A stretch of 64,000 bases of DNA, taken from the human T2T-CHM13v2.0 reference genome, Homo sapiens. The notes under the pieces are model-generated. The model saw only the letters and a program-made list of their open reading frames with translations. It was not told the origin of the DNA and made no database searches. Of the stretch, positions 26,076 through 39,173 are shown piece by piece. The stretch is from NCBI RefSeq assembly GCF_009914755.1, contig NC_060930.1. The stretch is one strand, 5' to 3'. Both the position numbers and the translations under genes were made by a program. The number at the start of each line of letters is the position of its first letter. Position 1 is the stretch's first letter.

Positions 26076-29000
26076 AATTGGTTACAATGGGTAATGAAAA
26101 GTACGTTCAATTTTTCCCACAAGGATTTAATCTAATCTCTAAATAAAATGCCAGTTTTAGTATACTGTCATCATTATAAGGAAACTATAATTCTTAAGTA
26201 ATTAATTACTTTGGTTCCCTTTGGATAATTAGTGATACATAAAATGCAGTACCTTGCCCTGAGGAACCTGCAAGTTAGCCTCCCTCTAATCCTGGCATTC
26301 AAAGTCCTCCACCTTCCGAATTACACCTGTTTTTTCAGGCATTGTCTCCCACTTTCCTAGCAAGCCTTTGGCTCCAGGAAACTGTTCTGTTCATTGACGA
26401 CAGAATGTATTTTGTCCCGTATGCCTCCCTTCAATCTGAAGTTCATTTTTAGTAATTTTTTTTATTAGTAGTGACTTTCCCCATTTACTAATGCCTTTCT
26501 CTTTAGCTCATTTAGAATTCCCTGGAAGTCATCATGTTTTCCTTCTGAATTGCTATCATATTCTGTCTCTGTGTCTAATCAGAAAGTTAGGTGAGCTGCT
26601 GTCTCAGCTCCTGTGTTAATCCAGGTACTGAGCTCTTTGTACCCTGCCAGCTTGAGGGCAACTTGGATGCGCTGGTGTGTAGTGATTTGCAACTGTGAGA
26701 GAGCCGTTTCCATCAACAAGTGACAGCTTTTGGTTCTAAACACTGCTTGACCTCATTCTGGTTTGAACATATACTTTGGCCTCTGCCCTCTACCTCACCT
26801 CCAGTTCTGATCTTGGGCATGCCACAGAACCCCATCTACACTAGGCTTTCATTTTGGACTTCTAAGTCCTTTACTTGACCACTTATTTTCTTTAATTGCT
26901 AGACTTAATCATCCATGCATATGACAGCCACTCAGCTCTGACCCCAATACTTCATTGAGGCTCATGCCAGTCTGACCTCTCACAGGGAAGAGCACCCCTG
27001 CCGGTGAGCCCCTGGCCCTTGGATTATGCTGTCCCACCAGTGCCCAGCTGGCTGCTTGGCACTGCATGTGATGTATCTTTGTTTATTGATCGCTTAATTG
27101 AATGGGATATAGGATTATATTCCATGTTCCAGATCAAGTTGAGCCAAGCTGACAACTTAGTATTAAAAAAATATATTTATCTCCTATCTGTCCAATTAAA
27201 ATTTTAATTTCTAGAGGTAGAGACAGTCACATTGCTATTTAATTCCTAGCACAGCAGTATTTTTGTCAATATTTGTTATTAGTGGTGAGTTTAAATTATA
27301 AAGGAAAAAAGAGAAGTGGTGATTTATGTCAGCGCTTGGCTAAACTATTCCCTTGATATAAGTCTATTATTCAGGTCACATAAGCATGACTGAAGTAATA
27401 TCACAACCATAATATCATAATTATCTCTCTTGCTGTCTCTGTCACTTTCTCACTTTTGTTTGTGCATAGTGCATAGACCTGTAGAAAATTTATTAGTAAT
27501 CTGAAGCATAAAACCAAATATTACAACTATCATAACAAATAAATAAAACTGGGCACTCCTTTAGGGAGTAGTAAAGCCATTTCTAAAATTAAGTCAAAGT
27601 AAGATTCCCTTATTATTGAGATATTTTAGTGGTATACACTATCATAAGTAAGATGAATAATTTTGTTAGCAGCTGACACTGCTATATAGATATTTATCTT
27701 GGGAAGTTCTCAGTGTAACATCTTTACTGTGTTTTTCTCTTTAGATTATACTTTTATGTTTATTATTTTGTTTCGTGGGGGATTCAAAAATATGCATTTT
27801 ATGCCATACTTGGGGATTCCCTATAAATTATTAGTTGTAATATGACAGTTCCATCATGAATTTTCCAGGTATTCTTTTATGCAAGCAGATAATAGCTCAT
27901 TTTGGTTTTTAACACATTCATGCATATTCTTTCTCTCTCAATAAATATGGTTTTAATTTATTAAATGAAAGATTTAAAAATGTGCTAAGCATTTTAATAA
28001 TAATCGATTTTGGATTAACTTGTTATGTTTACTCTAGGGCTGTAGTTCACCATTTATTCAGTTAAGTCCTTCCCCAAATTCAATATTGAACATGTGGAAT
28101 TGATTCGTTTCACGTGGATGTATCATTTACTCCCAAGATGTTGGTTTTTGGCATTTAGTACTGGTAATGGGCCAGGAAAGTGCTCATCTATATTTGTTGT
28201 TATTCACTGATTGCATCTTGCCCTTGCACCCACTGAGACGATGGGAAAGTAGCAACAATACTAGGTGATTTCTTTGATTTAAACCCAATTAAAAGAATTA
28301 GAGAGTTGTCTGATACAAGGCCAAAGAACTAAGAACAGAAACAAAAGCAAAACAACAAACAGCAGCACAAACTCCAGTGAGATAAATTTTTAAAACATTG
28401 GGAATATTTAAAAAATAAAAACACTCCAATGAACCACCCAGGTTTTATTAAAGAGTAGAGAACTCAAACAGCAGAAGGCAGAGCTGGTGGAGGAAACTCA
28501 GCAACTGCTCAGAAATGAAACAACCTAGGAAGGAGGTGCGAGTGACCTGAAACTCCTTTTAAAAACAGAAAGGACAAAAAGAGGTATGGGCTGACAAAAG
28601 GAAAGTGGTAGATTACTGATGTATTGCATTATGCTTAGAATGTCTCAGAATGCGAGAGGCAGTAAACACACCAGAAGAGGATACAATATCCGGACCATGT
28701 GCAACTGCAAATAAATGTTTGGGTTAAAACTTGGTTGATTCTAAATTACATGAAGAGCTGATGATAATTGAGGCAGAACTGATAGACCTAACAATAGAAA
28801 AAAATCGATTTAAATTCAGAGAAGAGGTCATTTAAGAAAGTATAATGAAGCCACTTAATAAAAGGAAATATTCCTCTAACTAAAGTTTGAGATTTAGGGC
28901 ATAATCCTCAAAGACAGGCTAATATAATCTATTTTTTGATTAAAAAAAGGAACTTTTGGTTTAAAGTAAGATGTTCAGCTGCTCTTAGAGTTTATTTCTC

Positions 29001-29234
29001 CATATTTGGGCATATAAGAATTTAAGGAAAAATATAGAAATATAAGAAAGATTTCATGAGAATCACAAGCATAGTTTATAGGCAAGATAGCCTTTTCTGT
29101 TTGAAAGCGAAAAATACTATTTCAACATGTAAAAACCTAAGTCAGTTTTCACTGGCATGTCCCACAATCATGCCTGAAATAATGGTTGAAGACAGATGTG
29201 AGACATTTCAAGGGCAATAGATTAATACATGAAA

Positions 29235-29373
29235 CCCACTTATGCCTAGCGTTCCATTATTGGAACGCTAAGCATGTGGGAGTTATTTATATCCTATTGC
29301 TCAAGGTCATCTCCAAGGTCTGAGTTTTCACTCATGCAAAAATTCAAAAAATTGCAACCTCGGCGTAAATGGG
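29235..29373 (+). mobile_element. MER85 piggyBac MITE (PGBD3-derived), full length
   Basis: TIRs CCCACTTATGCC / GGCGTAAATGGG, internal palindrome GTTCCATTATTGGAAC (29251-29266), and right-hand TTAA at 29374-29377. Length 139 bp. Confidence 0.92.
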
Positions 29374-29999
29374 TTAACAAAAAGTTAATGCTGGACAGTA
29401 AAATAAACTACTAAATTAGACACACCATATTTTTTAAATTATAAGAGATTAAGAACTATGAGATATTTAAAAAGCCACCCACAGAAGTAGTAGGACAGGT
29501 AGAGAAGGATAAATTCTAACAATCAACTGTATCTCCACCCCACCTTGTAAATGACAAATTAGTTTACTTAGTCAATTCAGGAAATTAAAAGTATACATTT
29601 TGTGTTAAAACAGAAGACTTTTTTTAAAAAAGTGTGTTAGTTAAGGTTAATTTTGACCTAGTTAAGAAAAAGCAGTTTAGAGTCTTGAAATGGAAATGAG
29701 AAATACATAATTACCCTTAAAAATAAGTTGATAGTGAATTTTATCTAGGATTCTTAAGACATTTTTAATATTTAATGAAAATGAACTACACAATTATTAA
29801 AAAATAGTTGCCTGGGTTTAGAAAAATGATCCCTTAATAAGACATATACAACAGCCTGAATTTTTATTTCCAAATACTATAGCAACAAAATACCGGCAAG
29901 AAAAATGCACAGAAACATTGGATAGTCTCTTCTTACTAATCTTTTACAGATATTTATATATTCTGAATTCTAACTTTTAATTTATTTTATGTATTATAA

Positions 30000-31460
30000 A
30001 TGTCATCTAGTATGCAGCTTGACTTTGCTTTATGGTATCATCTGTTTCACAGAAAATTTTAAGTTGTGGAATTTATCGTATTTTTTCTTTATAGTTTGTG
30101 CTTTAAGACCTGTCTAATAAATCTTTCCTTCCCTGGACGCTATAAAGTTATTTGTCTATATTCTGTTAAAAGGAATAAAACTTTGCTTTTTTTCACATTT
30201 TGTTACTTATTTCACCTGAAAGAGAATTTTGTTTATTATGTGAGGTAGGAATATAACTTAATTTTTTTCCATTGAATAACCAAATTGTCCCAGAGCAATT
30301 AAGCAATACATTCTTTCCCTGTTGATCTGTGAAGCTACCTCCATTAGGCATGAAGTTGTCCTGTTGAAGAGAATCTGATTCTGAGCTCTCTTCACTATTT
30401 CTTTATTTGTCTATGTCTACACTAAAAGCAATTTAATTTCTGTGTCTTTATAATTACTTTGACTTTATAATCCTTGAAAGGGACTTTGTTCTTCTTCAAA
30501 ATTGTTTTGGCTATTTATGGCTACTTTTGCTTTCAAATGAGTTTTTAAATCAAACTTTAATGAGATTGCATTAAACTTATAAATTAATCTGAGGAGGATT
30601 GACATCTTCATGATATTTAGTCTTCCTACCCATTAACATTATATAACTCTCCATTTATTTTAGGTCTTTTTGAATGACTTCTAATAAAGTTTTTCAATTT
30701 TCTCCAAAATATCTTACATATTAAAATTTACTCATAGCTGTCTCATCTTACTGATATTTTAAAGACATATCTTTTTAAAAATTATATTATTAAATTGTTT
30801 CAGGTATGTCTTTTTTTTTGAAGTTTTACAAATTTGGGATTATACTGCCTCTTCATTCAACATTTTCCCATGCTGTTGGGGATCCTTCAAGTCAAAATTA
30901 TTAGAGGAGCTGCATTAATATTCCAGCATGGACATACTATAATTTATTTAATTATTTCCCGAATTGTATGTTTTTGTTTCTAACTTCACAGTTTTCAACA
31001 TGACTGGGAACAGCTTTTCTTGCTAAATCCTTGCACGCCACAGTAATTATCTCACTGGGCCAAAAGATAGGTACTTTTTCATGACTTTCGCCATATATTG
31101 TCAAAATGGAACCAATGGTGATTTGTTCAGAAATCATGGTACATCATATAAAAAGATTACTCTGCAAGCATCACAAACTGTGATATATAGAAATGTGTTT
31201 ATTGACATGAAATAGATCATGAAGAAAGTGATTACAAATGGTATTTAAGCATTTTAAGTTATATAGGCTTATACTGAGCAATAACAAAGAGGGTGAATAA
31301 ATGAATGAATATGTGATTCTGGAAGGGTATGTAACAAAAGGTTAACAATGGTTAGCCCTGGGTAAGGGGATTATGTATGACTTTTATTTCCTTCTTTTTT
31401 TCTTCCTTTCCCCTTATGTTTTTAACAATGTACATGAATCGTTTATGAATAAAATAAAAA
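30000..31460. mobile_element. Very old L1ME-type fragments
   Basis: Degenerate L1 ORF2/3'UTR-like text, apparently in both orientations. Boundaries uncertain. Confidence 0.45.
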
Positions 31461-32440
31461 ACTTTGATATTCTTATATAGGTTTAGTAGGATAACATTTC
31501 TCCTTCATTTCTTTCATTTTTAGAAATCTTTCTTCACGGAAATTCTTTTTTTTAAATGTTTATTTCTGTCTTTGAGGAGTGAGATTGACTGGCTATCTTT
31601 TAATACCTGTGTGCATTATCATTATTGTATCTTGCTGATAAATTTCACAACAGTTAATTATTTTATTCCCCATTTCATACTTAGCTCTATTTTAGGCAAG
31701 TTCACAAATATCATTGAATGAGTTCATTCAATGTCATCATGATGATATTGAAATGTCAATAGCAGATGACTTGTTTCTGGGGTGTTAATATGCCTGTTGG
31801 TTACATTTGTGTTTTTTGGTGATGGAAGGCAGCCACTGAGGCAAACAGCAAGAATACAGCTAAGCCTCTAACTGCATACTCTTCTCACTCGTTGCTTAAA
31901 ACTGAAGCGTGGATAATTGGTGTGCATTCCCTAAAAAGTTATGTCATGATGCAGTAGAGAAATAAGTTAACTTTCCTATCCCTGTATCAAAGTTTCTTTT
32001 GAAGGTAACTGAGACAGCACCAAATAAGGAGCAGAGTTTCTGTGAATCATGAAATCTTTCTAAACAATTGAGAAAAAAAAAACTGTTCTGAAACAAAAAC
32101 TTGTGCCCTATCCTTTTATTTGAATGTGTTTTCTTAAGGCCACAACTGGCAGAGATTTGATGATTTTATGTTTAAAGCAATTTTTTTTTTTTTTCATAGC
32201 AAGGAGTCCCACTGCCATCAGGTTTTGTTTTTGGAGAGATTCTGTAACTGACATAGGGTAACTTACTCTGATGGCTTGCTCCACATTCACTACAAGTACA
32301 TACTGTTCTGAAAAATCTCAAAGTTGAAATATTTTTATTTGGGCAACTTCTGCAATCAAGGTAATTCACTCTATCTTTGGAGAATAAAATGGAAAAGGGC
32401 AACCCAATCTCTGTGACCTTAAACTTCCACTGAAACTTAG

Positions 32441-32514
32441 AGACGGTTAGCTTAGCTGGTGAGAGCGTGCTGCTAATAACACCAAGGTCGTGGTTTCTAT
32501 CCCATTACAGGGCA
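32441..32514 (+). pseudogene. tRNA-Ile(AAT)-derived sequence (tRNA pseudogene or head of an ancient tRNA-derived SINE such as MamSINE1)
   Basis: About 60/74 identity without gaps to recalled tRNA-Ile-AAT. Anticodon loop CTAATAA (AAT at 32475-32477) is intact. B-box is mutated and there is no CCA. Confidence 0.85.
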
Positions 32515-33409
32515 GTCAAGCTCAAGGGAAAAACCCTGTTCTTTGGCACAGCTTCCATGGCCTGCTAGCCGTTTACAGCGAGGCAAAAGAGTAGAGATGT
32601 TTTAGTGAACTAGGCCATGACTTGGGGAGTCTCCACCTTGAATCTGGTTGTGGGACCAAGGAAGAGAATCTGCTGAGGCTGGGTAGAGAGACTCTAGAGC
32701 ACCTTAGGCCACAGGACAGCAGAGGATGAGAATAACAGAACTGGCTTCAGAAAGTAGGTGTCAGTCCAAGGCACTGTATTCAATACATGTAGCAAAGAAT
32801 GAGCTTCTGACACCAGGAAAGTCTTCAGATGGCAGTGACTGCATAAACCGGTGTCAGGATGTCTGACTATAAAGGATGGGACACCTTCCATCAGGTGAGA
32901 GCTCTGGAGGTGGAGTCTGTTCCTGGAAGAAGCATGGGTAAATGTCATCAAAGGTTCCCTCAGCCACCACTGGGTTCAGGGCTGAGGTGCACCTAGGAAG
33001 GCTTGGGCAGAAGCATGACCCCTGGAACTTGGCCAACTGAGCCATCAGAGAGTGGTGCAGGTGAGGAGTGGTAGATGTGTAGTGAACCACTCAGCTGTCT
33101 GCCCAGGCCTTGGGTGTGGAAGTAGAGTCTTCTGTGTCTTTGGGCAGACTGAATTATAAGCTTCACCAGATCGCCAAGCTAGGAATGTTGACATACCTGG
33201 CTTGGGGTCAGGGAGGGACTGAACTGTAGGTGGGGGCCCCCAACAAATCTAATCATAAGAATCTATGAGCGTGGAGACAGAAGGACCAAAGAAGGGATGC
33301 TGTAACCAATTATCATTATTGAAAAACTAGGCAGAGATTACATTCAATTGGCAGTACCACCCTTTTTATCTCTGACATAGTTCCAGAAGGATATACTATG
33401 TATCTAGTG

Positions 33410-33614
33410 TGACACTGTCTGATAGAATTGTCTGAAATGATGGAAGTGTTCTGTGGCTACCCATTTTGATAGCCACTAGCCACAGGTGGCTATTGAGCAC
33501 TTGATATGTTGTTGGTGTGACTGAGGAACTAAATTTTTAATTCAATTTAAATTAAATTTAATTTAAATTTAAATAGCAACATGTGGCTGGTGGTTACTGG
33601 ATTGAACCGAACAG
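33410..33614 (+). mobile_element. MER3 (hAT-Charlie)
   Basis: TAGCCACTAGCCACA.GTGGCTATTGAGCACTTG...ACATGTGGCT motifs. Confidence 0.75.
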
Positions 33615-34142
33615 ATCTAGATACTAGAGTAAGTGGTAGCAGCAAATCCTATATTGGAACAATGTAAATTAACAATTATAAATATATGAGCAGGACAAAG
33701 CCCAAATGGGCCTGTACTCTTAGTTTTGCTATATATTCAACCATAACTAGCACTCATTTTTTAAACTTATAAAATGCAAACTCATTTGGTTGTGATGATG
33801 AATGCTCAGGTAATTGTTGAGTTTCAACACAGTGACAGCCAGGAACTCATTTTGGAGACTTGGATTGTGCCACAGTTTGTCCCTCTATAAAATGATGATG
33901 AAAATTTTATCAGTATCTGTCTCAAGCTGTAGTTAATGGGCCAATTTCTAAATATTCCTGTCAAATTGTATAGCCATTGTTTTCAAAGTAGTTTTGAAAG
34001 TAGGCCATTGGTAAAGCAATCTATTAAAGTGCAGGAAGAAAGTAATAGAATCTCTTACTTTTTAAAGTCTCATTATGAAAATTATATTTCAGTTTGTATG
34101 CCTTCGATGTACATAATATATTAATACACAAATATATTAATG

Positions 34143-34471
34143 CAGCGGTCCCCAAACTTTTTCTCACCAGGGACTGGTTTCCTGGACGACAGTATTTCCA
34201 TGGATTGCAGCGGGGATGGTTTCAGGATGAAACTGACCCACCTCAGATCATCAGGCATTATTAGGTTCTCATAAGGAGCACACAGCCTTGAGCAGGTGCA
34301 GTTCACATATAGGGTTTGCGCACCTATGAGAATCTAATGCTGCCGCTGATCTGACAGGAAATGGGGCTCAGGCAGTAATGCTCGCTCACTGCTCACCTCC
34401 TGCTGTGTGGCCCAGTTCCTAACAGGCCATGAACTGGTACCAGTCTGTGGCCTGGGGGCTGGGGAGTCCTG
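34143..34471 (+). mobile_element. MER1B (hAT-Charlie)
   Basis: TIRs CAGCGGTCCCCAA / GGGGAGTCCTG, with 8-bp TSD TATTAATG / CATTAATG. Confidence 0.88.
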
Positions 34472-35233
34472 CATTAATGTAATTAAATATGTACATTTCT
34501 TGAGAGTGTTTGTTCAAATATTTTTTCCTAATAGAGACGTATAACTTAGAAAGTATGGAACCCTCTGGTCAGTAGCATATTTTATCAAAAAGGCTATCCG
34601 TCGTGCTAACCAATGTGATTAAATGTTCATTTTAGTCTCAGATATTTTGATAACATAATAATAGGGAAGTTATGGTTATTGCATGGCTTTTCTTTACTGT
34701 ATTTTCAATAACTATATTAATGGGTTCAGTTGTTACTAGTTTTATAATTCTGTTTTATTCTCAATGAGTCTTCCTGTTTCTCCCCACATCTTTCCTATGG
34801 TTCATTTCCCTGCATCTTTACAGCTCCCTGGAACATTCTCTCAAATCAATCAGAGGCTTCAAAACTGGGCAGTCTCATTTTGTAACCTGCTCTGACTCGC
34901 CTCTGGGAGGCCTCCCTCCCCACTCACAGCTGCCTTCCTGCATGATGTAAAATGAATACAGTGCCAGAAAGACTGATCCTTGGAACCTCTTCCTTACTTA
35001 GTTTCTTTATAGTTCTGATTTTAGAAATGACCATTTTACTTCCAGTGCCCTTCCCCACACCAGTTAGCTGAGACTCTATGCAGGAAGTTCCCAGTGATCA
35101 GAACTGTTCCCATAGCTCCCAGGTGATTCTGACATGCACCCGGCATTGAGCACCATGGACATGGCTGCTGTTTGTTATCCTCGAGCTCTGCAAAGCAGTG
35201 TCGGATATTGCTTGATTGTTGCACATTAATCTA

Positions 35234-35441
35234 CTGCACGGTCCGGTAGGTAGCCACTAGCCACATGTGGCCATTTAGATGTAAATGAATTTAAATTAAA
35301 TAGTATTATAAGTTCAACACCTCAGTTGCACTCTCTGTATTCAAGTGCTCAGTAGCTACAAGTGGTTGGTGGCTACCATTTTGGGCAGTGCTACTATACA
35401 ACATTTCTATCACCACAGAGAGTGCTGATGAATAATAGTAC
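35234..35441 (-). mobile_element. MER3, opposite orientation to the 33.4-kb copy
   Basis: GTAGCCACTAGCCACATGTGGC...CAAGTGCTCAGTAGC. Confidence 0.7.
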
Positions 35442-36037
35442 TAACAACTGGAAACATTGAAATGGAGAGGTGAAGGAGAGAAGGCAGAATATAAGAGAAA
35501 CTTCAAAGCATTCAGCGTGTCTGATAGGCGCTGTATCTTACATTATGTTTGGAGCATAGTTTTTGAATTTCTTAATTTTCAAATTCGGTTGAAACAGATT
35601 TTGGTCAATTGAAGTGAAGGACTATGCCTGCTTTAATTTGCGTAGCTTACCTTTGTTTCACGTGTCTCCCTTATTACAGTGTTTGTAGCAGCATCTAACT
35701 CAATCCCTAACTTCTTTTTGGTGCAGGGACCATTTAAAAACAATTTGATCATAGAGGTTATCTCCTTTGCAATCCATATTGTTTTATGGAACAGGTGAAC
35801 AGCTGGTGACAATAGCCTCAAGGTTTCTAATCCCACCAAAGGAAAATATGGTGTCAGTAATTACCTTGTACTATGATATTTGTGAAATCCAAGAGAGGGC
35901 TAGATCTCAGGCTCTAATAATACATCCGTATAAACATCTCAGTAGGGCACCACGGAAGAGTCTTAGGATATCAGGAACAATAAGAGCGGGAGAATATCGA
36001 CCTTAATATTCTTTACACTTATTAAAAAGTGAAAAGA

Positions 36038-36432
36038 CAGCCATAAAGCAGAATGAGTTCCTGTCCTTTGCAGGGACATGGATGAAGCCAGAAGCCATCA
36101 TTCTCAGCAAACTAACACAGGAACAGAAAACCAAACACCTCATGTTCGCACTCATAAGTGGGAGTTGAACAATGAGAACACATGGACACAGGGAGTGGAG
36201 CATCACACAACGGGGCCTGTCGGGAGTTGGGGGACTAGGGGAGGGAGAGCATTAGGACAAATACCTAATGCATGTGGGGCTTAAAACCTAGATGACGGGT
36301 TGATAGGTGTAGCAAACCACCATGGCACATGTATACCTATGTAACAAACCTGCACGTTCTGCACATATATCCCAGAACTAAAAGTAAAATAAATGAAAAA
36401 GAAATAAAAAATAATAAAATAAAATAAAATAA
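36038..36432 (+). mobile_element. L1PA7/8-type 3' end (sense)
   Basis: End of ORF2 plus 3'UTR and A-rich tail, flanked by TGAAAAG on both sides. Confidence 0.88.
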
Positions 36433-38384
36433 ATGAAAAGTAGCCATTTTACCAGTTGAGTATTTACTGACTTTTGGTGAAAATCACTTTCTAAGATTAC
36501 TAGAAACCTTATGACCCTCGGCCTCTACTCCCACCACGTGCGGATTTTCACCTCCACCTACTTTGTCACGTCACATGCCCTTCTGCTCTTTAGGACACTT
36601 GTATTGGGTTCCTCCCCCACACGTAAACAGAACACACAGGTCTGTGAATGGACCTCATTATGCTCATTTGTCTTTGCCAAGAACTATTGAAAATGATCAC
36701 AAATGACTATGTAATTATAATTAAGATTTTGTACATGCATACACTTTATTTTTAACAAGTTCGTCCTGTTAAATGTCACCCCATTTTGAATAGTAACATT
36801 CACTGGTGCAAGGAAGAATTATTAAAATGACAATTTAACTGATATCCTTGACAGGTAAGCCAGTTATTGTATTTCATAATTGTGATTATTACAATACCTA
36901 TGAAGATTAATTAGGACAATTTATTCTATAGGACTTGGTTATCAAAATGATCTTTTTTCCCATTTTAGTCCATACATCTTCAGTTTTAATTTCCTTCTTC
37001 CAAAGAACTCTGAGTCTTGCCCAGTGTGATACTTCAGATTTTGTAAAAATATAATGAAGAAGAATAACGTGTATCAGATCTTTTTTTTAATGTACTGGGC
37101 TAAAAATTATAAGCACCATCAAATTACTAGAAAATTCTTTTAACACTCTGCTTCTTAGTTAAAAAATGATTCCTTTTTGTGATAATCTTATAATTTTCAA
37201 AGTATCATTTTAGAAATTTTAAAAAATTATTCTTGTTTTCATTCAGTCCATTTCATCAGAACTTAGATTTTTTCTTCCCTCTACAGTATGTGGTCTTGAT
37301 GTGCTTTCTCCTTGCAAAATAAAATCTTTAGTTTCAGGATCTCTGTGTTCTATTCCTTCAATTTAAAATCATAGGAAAAATAACTATCATTTCCTTATGT
37401 CTGTCTCCAATTCCCCCATCATTTTCTGTGAGCCAATTTTCTTCTTTTTCTTCTGTCTACTGTAAGGAACTTTTTACTCTGCTCTATTCTCTGCAATTCA
37501 GGGCTCATAATTTCTTTGACTTCTCAGATTATCCTTTGTACTTGTGTCTACTTTTTCATTAAAAAAAAAAGGCTTCGGTCTTATTTTGACTTTATCATCT
37601 TTATATTGCCATATTTAAAACCCATCTGCTTATTGATTGAACCAAACTTTTCATCTTACTTCATCATACTGAATGTATAACTTCTGAATGACTTAAAAAT
37701 CATCACATAATGTGAGAGAATTTTCTATCATATTCAGGTGACTGCATTGTAAGCAATGAAGTTGAAGAAAAATAGCTTATAATGGATATAATACCAAGAA
37801 ATAATAAGAATGAGAATCTGCGTATATCATATACTGGGTTAACAAGCTCACAAGGCAAATCACCATTTTATTAGATATTTAACAAATCATACTAGTACTG
37901 GAGGAAGTATAGCAGAAAAAAGGAGTATGGACATTGGGATTAGCTGCCTTGCTAATCTTTTGTCAGTCCCTAGTGACATGCTTTTGGGTTGAGTCATTGT
38001 TACCTCCCTGAGCTGTTTGTTTATAAAATGGGGGTAAATATCTCAGATGTTTCAGTGTTGTGACATATAAAGCGTCCTCCATAGTACATAATACCGTAAG
38101 CACTCCATAAGGTAATTCTTGTCCTTTTAAAAAGTATACACTTTTGAGTTCAGGACACGTACACTGTAACCTAGTTGTAACCATTTTAATAAAAGAAGGT
38201 TTTGATCATTTTTGATAAATGTACTACATGAATAGTTAACTTGCCTTTCACTTCCTATACCAACGGAAATTTTGGTAACAAATTTAAAGAAAGCATTAGG
38301 TTGAATATCCCATCTGATTAAATGTCAACTAAATATTGTTTCTGGCTTTTAAAATATTTCTAATTCAGTTATAAAACAGGTCTA

Positions 38385-38580
<196 letters not shown>

Positions 38581-39140
38581 TCATTACCAAGAATGCATGG
38601 AATTCTGCTTATTAATTTCTCCATCTATGTGTCTCTGTGAAAAATACTAATTATTTACAATTTTGTAAGCTATGAATAAGGTCTATGTTTTCTCTGAAAT
38701 TATAGCAACAGGAGCATTTCCCCCTTATTTGGGCCGCAATCTTTTCATTCTGATTCTTACCATAACTTCTGACTTCTGACTTTATCATGTCTTCTGATTT
38801 CTACTAAACATGAACAGAATGAATGACTTCTAGAAATGGATACAGGTGTAATACATATAAGGCCAGGGAACCACTTAATTATCTTTACAAAGTACTAGGA
38901 CTTCAGAAAAATCAAATGATGAAATGGAGCTAGCTTTAGTATGTTCTACTTATCATTGGACTATTAATCATGTCTGTCTGATGAGTTACCTAGGACTTCA
39001 ACTGTTTTTATAGATTTAAAGAAAATATTATAAATGTATCTTACCTGGATTTAAGACTGGACAGCTGATTTTGGATTTTTTTCTGCTACCCTGTTGTTGA
39101 TATCACTGACATCAGCCTTTGCATTTTGACTGGAGGCTCC

Positions 39141-39173
<33 letters not shown>
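39141..39173. repeat. (CT)n microsatellite
   Basis: Direct reading. Confidence 0.9.

Noticed and set aside
28534-28548. Imperfect ERE AGGTGCgagTGACCT
   Set aside because: Two mismatches in one half-site, expected by chance in 64 kb. I found no perfect GGTCAnnnTGACC by eye.
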